DNA of 64,000 bases from Kofleriaceae bacterium. Its GTDB lineage: Bacteria > Myxococcota_A > Polyangia > Haliangiales > Haliangiaceae. The stretch covers positions 64,001 through 128,000 of the forward strand of contig CBDCCZ010000014.1 of assembly GCA_965215005.1 (NCBI GenBank). The letters are read 5' to 3'. The notes beneath the pieces were generated by a model. The model searched no databases, had not been told where the DNA came from, and saw nothing but the letters and a program-made list of their open reading frames with translations. Positions 37,992 to 46,518 of this stretch are shown one piece after another (position 1 is the first letter of the stretch; every line of letters begins with the position of its first letter). Made by a program: the position numbers and the translations under genes.

Positions 37992-38959
37992 TGCCGCGCT
38001 GGTCGACAGTGTCCCTGCTGCTGCTGGGATGCCTGCTTAGCGCGCTCAGCTGCGGTGCGGACGATGACTACAGCGGCGTGCTGCTCACGGTCCGCTACGA
38101 CCCCAGCATGACGCTCGAGCAGCTGGAAGTGAGCGCAACGACTCCCGGCGGGCAAGCGTTGCCGGCCAGCAGCATTCCGTCGCGGCCGCGCCCTCTAGAT
38201 CCCAACGGCGAGACCGTCGTGCTGCTGTTGGATGCGGCGCTCAGCGGCGAGCAAGTCGAGCTCACCGTCGCGGGTCTCTCAGGCGGAATGGTTCTCGCCG
38301 AGAGTCACGCCTCCGTTGCTCTCGCGCGCGGCCAGTTGATGCCGCTGATGGTCGAGCTCACGACCATGTCCAGCTGCGGCGACGGCGTCTGCAGCGCCGC
38401 CGATGGAGAAACCGGCTGCACCTGCGCGACCGACTGCACCGCGCCCTGCGAGCCCGACGAGCCCGACGAGCCCGACGAGCCCGACGAGCCCGACGAGCCC
38501 GACGAGCCCGACGCCTGTAGCGAGCGCTGCGACCGCTGCGGCGAGGGCGATTGCTGCAGCCAAGACTGCGGCGAGGCCGCGTGCACGGTGCGCTGCGCCG
38601 CCGGCTGCGAGTGCGCCGCGGCATGTGCCGTAGACGGCACCTGCGATTGGCGCTGCGAGTCGACCTCGTGCACGTTCGGCTGCGTGGGCGCTCAGCAATG
38701 CGCGGCCCAGTGCGCCGCAAACAGCGAGTGCGTTCTCGACTGCACCGGCGCCAAAAACTGCCGTGCCGACTGTGCACCGGGCTCGCGCTGCGAGATCACC
38801 TGCCGCGGCACCGACAAGTGCGACAAGGTTCGATGTGCCGACGGCGCCGCATGTCTGCTCGACTGCACCGATGCCAAGAAGTGCGGCTTCGAGGAATGCG
38901 CCGCGGGCGCCCAGAGCTGCGCCGACGGCCGGCTCGCGTGCGGCACTTCGTGTCCGTGA
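37988..38959 (+). CDS. Cys-rich lipoprotein with (EPD)7 linker
   Basis: Lipobox ALSC; CGDGVC motif; periodic C-x3-C-x5 repeats. Confidence 0.82.
   Translation: MMPRWSTVSLLLLGCLLSALSCGADDDYSGVLLTVRYDPSMTLEQLEVSATTPGGQALPASSIPSRPRPLDPNGETVVLLLDAALSGEQVELTVAGLSGGMVLAESHASVALARGQLMPLMVELTTMSSCGDGVCSAADGETGCTCATDCTAPCEPDEPDEPDEPDEPDEPDEPDACSERCDRCGEGDCCSQDCGEAACTVRCAAGCECAAACAVDGTCDWRCESTSCTFGCVGAQQCAAQCAANSECVLDCTGAKNCRADCAPGSRCEITCRGTDKCDKVRCADGAACLLDCTDAKKCGFEECAAGAQSCADGRLACGTSCP
38450..38512 (+). repeat. Perfect tandem repeat (GAGCCCGAC)x7 encoding (EPD)7
   Basis: Seven identical 9-bp units read directly from the sequence. Confidence 0.97.
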
Positions 38960-39119
38960 GCGGCTCATGCTCCTGCTGCGGCACGAGTCGCAAATCCCAG
39001 TCGCGCTCGCAACCACTCATGGATGCCGGGGCCGAGGTTGGAGACTCCGCGTGGGGTGTGGGCTCCCTATGTGCCACCGCCGACGCTTCGTAAGCAGGCG
39101 ACTTTCCACGAGGGGCGCG

Positions 39120-39135
39120 TGGCATGGCGGTTGCT
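39120..39135 (+). promoter_or_regulatory. Sigma-54 promoter
   Basis: TGGCATGGCGGTTGCT, 15/16 identical to the site at 6590. Confidence 0.65.
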
Positions 39136-39174
39136 CTGCACCAGATGGGACCGTTTCTGCCTCCGGGGAGCATC

Positions 39175-40431
39175 ATGAGATACCGCTACGGCGACGCCAC
39201 GCCCTTTCCGCTCGACGAGAACTTCATCGACACCATCGTTGCGGCAACTGACGCGTGCGTGGCGCTGTTTGAAGCCGACATGCACGCGGCGGAGCGTCGC
39301 CGACATGCCGATCGGGTCAAAACCCAAGCCGCCGAAGAGATCAAGCGGCTGTCGGTGCTCGAAAAAGCGGTCGCTGCGGCCGTGGCGCCGATGAAACCCA
39401 ATGGCCGCGCCGAGCGCGTATCGCAAGCGGCGGCCGCGAAGATCGCCCACAGCGCCCACACCCAGATCAAACACGCGCACGCGCAAGTCACCAAGCGGCG
39501 GGATGCGGCGATTCGCGCGGCCATTGGCGAGGAGCTGCCGCTGCGCATCCGCGACGCGATGGAGAAGTTCCTGCTCGCGTTTCAGCTACCGCAGACGCGG
39601 TGGGCGATCGCCTGGCAAGGTGGCTCGCAAGCGGGCGAAGCGCGGGTGCGCGCCCGTTCGAGCAGCGCCGGCGATCTGCACGCGGCCTTCGATATCGGCC
39701 TGCCCCCCGACACCGCGTGGAATGGTCCGCTGCGGGTGAGCGAGCTCGATGACGACTTCTACCTGCGCCTCAAGCTCGGCGGCGGGCTGTTGTCCCGCAG
39801 CTCCGAGCGGATCGAGCGCATGTGGCTCACCGAAGCAGAGGTGAGCGCGGATCGCGATTGGTTCGTGGTGCGTCGCAGCGCCAAGAAGCCCGCGCCCGGC
39901 TACGAGATCGTCATGCGCAGCCCGGATCAGAGCGTTCCCATTCTCTACGCCATCGACGAGCGCGGCGAACGCCAAGGCAAAGCGATGACGGTCGATGGCG
40001 ACGGCGCCGTCGCCCTCGCCAGCCTTTGGAACATCATCGAGCGCGGCCTGCGCGCGACCCTGGGGCATCGCAGCCACCTCGCCGACGCCCGCCTCGGCGA
40101 CCGGGCGGTGACCGCCATCGACGAGCCCGCGGAGCTCGCAGAAGCCATCTTGATGACGCTTGCGCCGATCGTCCGGCAGATGCGCCTGCGCAGCAAGGTT
40201 CCCGGCGAGTTGGTGCTGAAGCGCGACCTCGGCGACGGTCGCCGCGAAGAGTTGTTCGTGCCCCGACAAGAGCTCGAAGCGCGATTTTCGCGACTGCCGT
40301 ACAAGTACCGCGCCTCGTTCGAAGCGGCGGGCATCGGCGGCGAGGCGACCCGCGAGTTCGTCTCGCGCAAGGTCGAGGTATCGGCCGTCGCGTCCACCGG
40401 TGACGACGACGAAACCAACGCCGCAGCCTGA
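39175..40431 (+). CDS. Hypothetical protein (coiled-coil N-terminus, globular C-terminus)
   Basis: GGGGAG RBS before ATG 39175 (MRYRYGDATPFPLDENF); long ORF with GC-rich third codon positions. Confidence 0.8.
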   Translation: MRYRYGDATPFPLDENFIDTIVAATDACVALFEADMHAAERRRHADRVKTQAAEEIKRLSVLEKAVAAAVAPMKPNGRAERVSQAAAAKIAHSAHTQIKHAHAQVTKRRDAAIRAAIGEELPLRIRDAMEKFLLAFQLPQTRWAIAWQGGSQAGEARVRARSSSAGDLHAAFDIGLPPDTAWNGPLRVSELDDDFYLRLKLGGGLLSRSSERIERMWLTEAEVSADRDWFVVRRSAKKPAPGYEIVMRSPDQSVPILYAIDERGERQGKAMTVDGDGAVALASLWNIIERGLRATLGHRSHLADARLGDRAVTAIDEPAELAEAILMTLAPIVRQMRLRSKVPGELVLKRDLGDGRREELFVPRQELEARFSRLPYKYRASFEAAGIGGEATREFVSRKVEVSAVASTGDDDETNAAA

Positions 40432-40446
40432 ATCGGCGCGCCTCCG

Positions 40447-41208
40447 CTAACCGAGCACGCCGTCGCGCCCAGTGAGTGCCGAGGTGACCTCGCAAGCGAT
40501 CATCTCCGCCAGCCGCTCGAGCTGCTCACGACCTTCGGCAGCGGTGGCGGCCGCGGGGGCGCCGGCGTAGGCCTCCTCGAGCCCCATGGCGGCGAACGTG
40601 GTCACGCCCGCGCGAAGCTTCTCCGAGAGGCTGATGGGCACCTCGGGCAACGCGCGGCGCAGCGCATCGCGCACCGCAGCGGGCGCGGCCGCCATGACAA
40701 TCGAGGTCTCGTAGCGACCGGCGTGACACGCGCCGCTCTTGAACTCGTCGGAGAGCGTCGCCGCCCAGCGACGCGAAAGTGGGCATGCGACGCTGGCGCC
40801 GGCCTCGGCAGCCGCCGAGCGCACCGCCTGGTCCTGCGCCGGCTCGAGATGGTTATTGACCAGGCACACGTGATCGGCACCCGCACGATAAAATCCCGCG
40901 ATCACGGCGCATAGGAAGCCAACCAGTGCCTCGCTCGCCACGCTCACCGCACCGGCAAAGCCTTCGGCGCAGTCGGTCACGCCATAGGGAATGGCCGGGG
41001 CGATGCGGGCGAGGATTCCGTTCTCTTCAAGTCCTTCCGCGGCGCGCTCGCACGCGCTCACCGAGATAATTGCGTCGGTGTACAGCGGCAGATGCGGCCC
41101 GTGCGGCTCGACCGAGCCCAGCGGCTGCAAGATGACCAGCGGGCGAGCATCGGCCAGCAGAGCGGCAATCTCGGGGCTGGTGAGGGTGGCAAGGTCGTAG
41201 CGGCTCAT
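40447..41208 (-). CDS. Creatininase-family amidohydrolase
   Basis: GSVEPHGPHLP..TD, NNH, HAGRYETS; ATGA overlap with the ligase stop codon. Confidence 0.93.
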   Translation of the reverse strand: MSRYDLATLTSPEIAALLADARPLVILQPLGSVEPHGPHLPLYTDAIISVSACERAAEGLEENGILARIAPAIPYGVTDCAEGFAGAVSVASEALVGFLCAVIAGFYRAGADHVCLVNNHLEPAQDQAVRSAAAEAGASVACPLSRRWAATLSDEFKSGACHAGRYETSIVMAAAPAAVRDALRRALPEVPISLSEKLRAGVTTFAAMGLEEAYAGAPAAATAAEGREQLERLAEMIACEVTSALTGRDGVLG

Positions 41209-42893
41209 TGCGCCGGCTCCGCTTGCGCGCGCAGAGCGTTGCGGTCGATCTTGCCGCGGTCGCTGCGCGGCAGCTCGTCGACGAATTCGATCCAGCGCGG
41301 ATACTTGTGCTTGGAGAGATGCGCTCGCACGTGCGCCTGCAGCTCGGCTTCGAGCGCGGCTCGCGCGCTGTCGCTGGCGAAGCACCGGCGCGCGCTCGCC
41401 GTAAGCATCACGAACGCTTTGGGCTTCTGGAGGCCTTCGCGGCCCTCACCGCGGCCATCGCTCACCGCGACCACCGCCGCCAGCGCCACCGCTTCGTGCT
41501 GCATCAGGCAATCCTCGACCTCGAGCGGCGCCACCCACACGCCGCCGACCTTGAACAACTCATCGGCGCGGCCGGCAAACCACAGCGCGCCGTCGGCGTC
41601 CTTGCGGAACAAATCGCCGGTGCGACACCAGTGGCCGTGAAACGTGCGCCAGCTGCGGTCGCGGTCGCGTGCGTAGCCGAGCGCGACGCTGTCGCCTTTG
41701 ACCCAGAGCACGCCGGTTTCCCCAGCCGGCAGCTCGGCCGCCCCCGGTCCTTCCGCGTCTTGCGGCAAGATCGCCAGCGAGTAGCCCTCCACGGCGCGGC
41801 CGAGGGAGCCGGGGCGGACATCGCCGGGGCGGTTGGAGCAGTAGATGTGAAACATCTCCGCCGAGCCGATGCCGTCGTAGACCTGGCCACCAAACCGCTC
41901 GAGAAACCGCGCCAGCAGCGCCGGCGGCAGCGCCTCGCCCGCCGATAGGTGGAACCGAATCGACGAGAAATCCATCGCCGGCTCGCCACGCGCACGCCGC
42001 TCCTCGTCGTAGTCCAGGAGCTTGCCGAGCATCGTCGGCACGTTGGTGACCACCGTCGGCCGATAGTTCTCGATGGCGCGCACCAGCGACTCGGCAGTAG
42101 GACGCTCGGCAAACAGCGCGGTGGTCGCGCCGACCGCGAACGGGAACCAGAGATTGGTCCCGGTCGCATAGCCAAAGAACAGCCGCGGCACGCTCACCGT
42201 CACGTCGTCTTGGCGATAGCCGATGGTTCGCTTGGCGTAAACCTCGGAGTTGAACGCGAAGTCGCGGTGGGTGTGCACGGCTGCTTTGGGGCGGCCGGTG
42301 GAGCCAGAGGTAAACAGCCACACGCAGGGATCATCGCGATGGCAACGCGGCAGCTCGACCTCGAGCCGACGGCCGCGCTCGAGGGCCTCGCGCAGCGCCA
42401 GCACCTCGAGCGGCGCCTCGGCAAGAGCGGCGGGGATCGCCACCGGCGCTTCGGGATCCTCGCCGGTGGCGACCTCGGGAACCAGCAGCACGGCGCGCAA
42501 TCCTGAAGCGCTGCAGAGCACCGAAGCTAGCGATTCCGCCACGCTGGGGGTCGTGATCACCGCGGCCGCGCGCGCGTAGTCGAGGACGTAGGCGAGATCG
42601 TCGACGGGCGCCACGGGATTGCCCATGGCCACCACCGCTCCCGCGGTGAGGGTGCCAAACGTTGCCCATGCAAACGGCGGCACGTCGAAGAGCACCGTGT
42701 AAACGCGCTGCTCGGGCGCAACGCCCACCGCAACCAAGTAGCGTGCGAGGGCGCGCGAGCGCTCGGCAACCTCGCCATACGAGTAGCTGCGATCGCCAAA
42801 GCGGATCGCCGTCTTGCCGGCCAACCCCTCGCGCAGGCGCTCATAGAGGAAGTAGTCAGCGATGCTGAGGTCGTCGTCGAACGTGACGCTCAC
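41205..42893 (-). CDS. Benzoate/2-aminobenzoate-CoA ligase family protein
   Basis: FTSGSTGRPK, RLFFGYATG, DGIGSAE, RTGD, GKIDR. Confidence 0.92.
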   Translation of the reverse strand: MSVTFDDDLSIADYFLYERLREGLAGKTAIRFGDRSYSYGEVAERSRALARYLVAVGVAPEQRVYTVLFDVPPFAWATFGTLTAGAVVAMGNPVAPVDDLAYVLDYARAAAVITTPSVAESLASVLCSASGLRAVLLVPEVATGEDPEAPVAIPAALAEAPLEVLALREALERGRRLEVELPRCHRDDPCVWLFTSGSTGRPKAAVHTHRDFAFNSEVYAKRTIGYRQDDVTVSVPRLFFGYATGTNLWFPFAVGATTALFAERPTAESLVRAIENYRPTVVTNVPTMLGKLLDYDEERRARGEPAMDFSSIRFHLSAGEALPPALLARFLERFGGQVYDGIGSAEMFHIYCSNRPGDVRPGSLGRAVEGYSLAILPQDAEGPGAAELPAGETGVLWVKGDSVALGYARDRDRSWRTFHGHWCRTGDLFRKDADGALWFAGRADELFKVGGVWVAPLEVEDCLMQHEAVALAAVVAVSDGRGEGREGLQKPKAFVMLTASARRCFASDSARAALEAELQAHVRAHLSKHKYPRWIEFVDELPRSDRGKIDRNALRAQAEPAQ

Positions 42894-44014
42894 GCCTCCC
42901 CCTTGGCGAGCGCGCCGCCGATGATGAGGCGCTGGATCTCGCTGGTGCCTTCGTAGATGCGCAGCGGCCGAATCGCCCGATACAGCGCCTCGACCGGGTT
43001 GCCGAGCAAGACGCCGCGGCCGCCAAACAGCTGCACTGCCTCGTCGATGATGCGCTGCGCGGCCTCGGTCGCATAGAGCTTGCTCATCGCCGCTTCGACG
43101 GTGACGCGCTCGCGGCCGCTATCGCGCGCCCACGCTGCGCGCAGCACCAGTAGCCGGGCAGCGTCGAGCTCGGTCGCCATGTCTGCAAGCTTGGCCTGCA
43201 CCAGCTGATGCGCCGCGAGCGGCTTGCCGAACTGCTCGCGAGCGCGCACGTGAGCAAGCGCTTCGTCGAGCGCTCGGCGAGCCATGCCAACAGCGGCCGC
43301 ACCGACGGTGACGCGAAAGGTGTCCAGGGTGCGCATGGCTAGGCCCATGCCGGCGCCGACCTCGCCAAGCAGCGCTTCTTTGGCGACGCGACAGTCCTCG
43401 AAACGAAGCCCGCCCAGCGGATGAGAAAAGCCGGGCTCGAGGTTGAACTCAGTGAGTCCCGGCGCCCCAGCCTCGACCAGAAACGCGCTGATGCCGCGGC
43501 GTCCAGCAGACGGATCGGCGTTGGCGAACACGACGTAGTGGGTGGCGATGCCGACGTTGGAAATCAGCGTCTTCTCGCCGCGTAGCAGCCAGCCGTGCGC
43601 GTCGGCCACCGCCACCGTCTGCATCGACGCCACATCGCTGCCGGCGCCAGGCTCGGTGAGCGCAAACGCCCCCAGTCGCAGGCCGCTGCGATACTCCGCG
43701 AGCCGATGCGCGCGGTCGTGCTCGGTACCAGCCAAGAGAATCGGATAGGAGCCAAGGCCGTGGACCGCGAAGATCGAATCAGCCAAGGGCGAGACCTGCG
43801 CCAACATCTCGCGAATCAGCACCAGCGACCGAACATCCACCGGACCCTGTTTGGGCAGCAGATAGGCGTAAAGGCCAAGACGCGCCATCGCCTGGGCGGC
43901 CGCGCCCGGCTCGTCGATCGCGCCGAGCTCCTCAGCCGCTTCGATCAGGTCGCGAGCGAGGCGTTGGTGGCGCTCGCCGAAGAACAAGCCAAGGTCATGG
44001 GTCGACAGTTTCAT
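42890..44014 (-). CDS. Acyl-CoA dehydrogenase (AbmD-like)
   Basis: [34 protein letters not shown]. Confidence 0.95.
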   Translation of the reverse strand: MKLSTHDLGLFFGERHQRLARDLIEAAEELGAIDEPGAAAQAMARLGLYAYLLPKQGPVDVRSLVLIREMLAQVSPLADSIFAVHGLGSYPILLAGTEHDRAHRLAEYRSGLRLGAFALTEPGAGSDVASMQTVAVADAHGWLLRGEKTLISNVGIATHYVVFANADPSAGRRGISAFLVEAGAPGLTEFNLEPGFSHPLGGLRFEDCRVAKEALLGEVGAGMGLAMRTLDTFRVTVGAAAVGMARRALDEALAHVRAREQFGKPLAAHQLVQAKLADMATELDAARLLVLRAAWARDSGRERVTVEAAMSKLYATEAAQRIIDEAVQLFGGRGVLLGNPVEALYRAIRPLRIYEGTSEIQRLIIGGALAKGEA

Positions 44015-44840
44015 CGCAGATCTCCGCGCCGGCGAAGTGCGGCTCGCGTTTGTTCTTGAAGGCCTCGTGGGCGCTGCGAAAGTCGGGGTGCTGCATGCAC
44101 AGCGCCTGCGCCTGGGCCTCGGCCTCGATGGCGGCCGCCAGTGGCATGGTGTGCTCGGACTCGAGCATCTGCTTGGTCATGGCATGCGCAAAGGCAGGCC
44201 CACGAGCCAATTTTCTGGCCCAGTCGCTGGCGAGCTCGCGAGCGGCATCGGCGTCGGCAACCACGCGGTTGACCAGTCCGATGCGCAATGCGTGGTCGGC
44301 ATCGATGAGCTCGCCCAGAAACAACAGCTCGGAAGCGTTTCCGAGGCCGACCAAGCGCGGCAACAGGTACGCCGCGCCCATGTCGGCGCCGCACAAACCG
44401 ACGCGCGGAAACACGAACCCAAAGCGCGCCGACTGCGCCGCAACGCGCACATCGCAGGCCGCGGCGATGACTGCGCCGGCGCCCACTGCCACGCCGTTGA
44501 CCGCCGCGACGATAGGTCGCCGACACGCGCGGATGGCGTGGATGAGCCGCCCTGTGAGACGGGTGAACTCGAGCAGCCGCGGCGCGTCTTGCGCGAGCAG
44601 CTCGGCGATGATGTCGTCTTGATCGCCGCCGGAGCAGAAGCCCTTGCCGCGCCCGGTGATGACCACGGCCCGCGCCTGCTCGCAGGTGTCGAGGTAGCAA
44701 ATCGTATCCGCGAGCTCGCGATAGACCTCGAAGGTGAGCGAGTTGAGCCGCTGCGGACGGTCGAGCGTGATGGTCGCAATCCCACTGGCGAGCTGTAGCG
44801 AAAACGATGATGGTCTAAGCGGATTGTTTGCGTGATTCAT
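43995..44840 (-). CDS. Enoyl-CoA hydratase family protein (AbmC-like)
   Basis: FCSGGD, AVNGVAVGAG, VGLCGADMGA. Start ATG 44840. Confidence 0.93.
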   Translation of the reverse strand: MNHANNPLRPSSFSLQLASGIATITLDRPQRLNSLTFEVYRELADTICYLDTCEQARAVVITGRGKGFCSGGDQDDIIAELLAQDAPRLLEFTRLTGRLIHAIRACRRPIVAAVNGVAVGAGAVIAAACDVRVAAQSARFGFVFPRVGLCGADMGAAYLLPRLVGLGNASELLFLGELIDADHALRIGLVNRVVADADAARELASDWARKLARGPAFAHAMTKQMLESEHTMPLAAAIEAEAQAQALCMQHPDFRSAHEAFKNKREPHFAGAEICDETVDP

Positions 44841-45259
44841 GCGCTCTCCTGCCAATCCTCTGGCATGACGGCGACGGCTTCGATCTCGACCTTGGCGCCC
44901 GGCTCCACCAGGCCCGTCACACCCACCAGCGCCATCGCCGGAAAATGCTTGCCGAGGAGCTCGCGCCAAATCGCGCCAATCGGTCTAAGCGAAGCGCGAT
45001 AGGCGGGCAGATCGGTGACGTAGATGGTCATCCGCGCCACATCGCTGGCGCTGCCGCCGGCGGCGGCGACGACCTCCAAGACGTTGGCGAGGGCTTGGCG
45101 AAATTGCGCCACGAAATCCTCGGAAACCAGCTCCTGCTGGCGATTCCAGCCGATTTGGCCAGCGATGTGTAGGGTCGGTCCGGAGGTGAGAACCCCATTG
45201 GAGTAGCCTCGCGGGCGCGCGCTATGCGCCGGCTCAATGATCCGCAACCGGTTCTTCAT
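44837..45259 (-). CDS. RidA/YjgF family protein
   Basis: GYSNG, IAGQIG, FPAM...VEIEA. Start ATG 45259. Confidence 0.93.
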   Translation of the reverse strand: MKNRLRIIEPAHSARPRGYSNGVLTSGPTLHIAGQIGWNRQQELVSEDFVAQFRQALANVLEVVAAAGGSASDVARMTIYVTDLPAYRASLRPIGAIWRELLGKHFPAMALVGVTGLVEPGAKVEIEAVAVMPEDWQESA

Positions 45260-45332
45260 CGGGCTCTCCTCGTGGACGGACGACCTGCGCCCCGTTTGAA
45301 TTGGCGACAGCACCGAGCGATCGGTAGATGGC

Positions 45333-46094
45333 TCATTTCATGACCTGGCCGCCGTCGATGACCAGCGTTTGACCATGGATGCCGCACGCCTCGGCAGCCG
45401 CAAGCATCGCGACGGCGTGAGCGACCTCGCTGGGCGAGATCAAGCGCCGCTGCGGGCTCATCGCCTCGAGCACCCCGCGCGCTTTTGCTTCGGCGGCGCC
45501 GGTTTTCTCGGCGATGCGGTCGATGGCTTCGCGCGCCATGTCGGTCTCGACCCATCCGGGACACACCGCGTTGATGGTAACGCCAGAGGTGGCGAGGTCG
45601 ATGGCCAGCGCCCGCGTCATCCCCACCAGCGCGTGTTTGGACGCGCAGTAAGCGGCGCTATAGCGATAGCCGGTGACGCCGGCGTTGGAGGCGATATTGA
45701 TGATGCGTCCCCAGCCGGCTTCGATCATCGCCGGAAGCAACGCGCGGCAAAGGCGCATGGGCGCGGTGACGTTGACCTCGAAGAGCTCGTCCCAGGTTGC
45801 GTCTTCCAGGCGCGCGAGCGGCGCGCTCACCGCCACGCCGGCGTTGTTGACCAAGATATCGACGCGGCCGACCTCGCGCTGCAGGCGCTCGAGCAGCGCA
45901 TCGGTGGCGGCGCGGGCAGCGAGATCGGCGACCACGGCGATGCCGCCGAGCTCGGCGGCCAGCGCCGCAAGTGGCGCTTGGCGGCGCCCGGTGATCACCA
46001 CCGACGCGCCTTCCGCGGCAAGACGCCGAGCGATGGCTGCACCGATGCCACGCCCGCCACCCGTGACGAGGGCAACCCTTCCCACCAGCGACAT
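45333..46094 (-). CDS. SDR-family oxidoreductase
   Basis: TGGGRGIG, NNAG, YCASK. Start ATG 46094. Confidence 0.95.
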   Translation of the reverse strand: MSLVGRVALVTGGGRGIGAAIARRLAAEGASVVITGRRQAPLAALAAELGGIAVVADLAARAATDALLERLQREVGRVDILVNNAGVAVSAPLARLEDATWDELFEVNVTAPMRLCRALLPAMIEAGWGRIINIASNAGVTGYRYSAAYCASKHALVGMTRALAIDLATSGVTINAVCPGWVETDMAREAIDRIAEKTGAAEAKARGVLEAMSPQRRLISPSEVAHAVAMLAAAEACGIHGQTLVIDGGQVMK

Positions 46095-46287
46095 GGCCTT
46101 GGAATACCACATCGATTCGCGATGTTGGCGGGACTGGGACGGGTTGCGGTGGCGACCAAGGATGGCAAAGAACGGCAAAACGCTCGACTTTGCTCCGAGC
46201 ATCCGTAGTGTCTCTTGCAACGCCGCGGGCTGACGATACGTCAGATTCCGCCGCTCGTCTTGAGCGCGTTCAGACCAAGGAGCCATC

Positions 46288-46506
46288 GTGAAGAAGCCCA
46301 ATCGCAGTCGCATGACCCAGCGGGTGCTGGCGACCCAAGAGCTCTCCAACATCGTCGCTGGAACCATCCTCATCGGTCGCCGCGGCGGCAATGAGACTCC
46401 GGTACCCGGCGGGGGCGGTCCAGGTTGGCCGCCCAATCCAGTCGGCGGCGATCCGCCGGGCGGTATCGGCGGCATCATCATCCCGCCTATCTTTATCTTC
46501 CCCTGA
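46288..46506 (+). CDS. 72-aa peptide with double-glycine-type leader and Gly/Pro-rich core
   Basis: AAGGAG RBS at 46277-46282, 5 nt before GTG; leader LATQELSNIVAG; stop 12 nt before the kinase-WD40 gene. Confidence 0.75.
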   Translation: MKKPNRSRMTQRVLATQELSNIVAGTILIGRRGGNETPVPGGGGPGWPPNPVGGDPPGGIGGIIIPPIFIFP

Positions 46507-46518
46507 GCGCCCTCGCCC

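Noticed and set aside
38450..38512. Repeat array as CRISPR
   Set aside because: Contiguous 9-bp units with no spacers, inside a CDS, and no cas genes.
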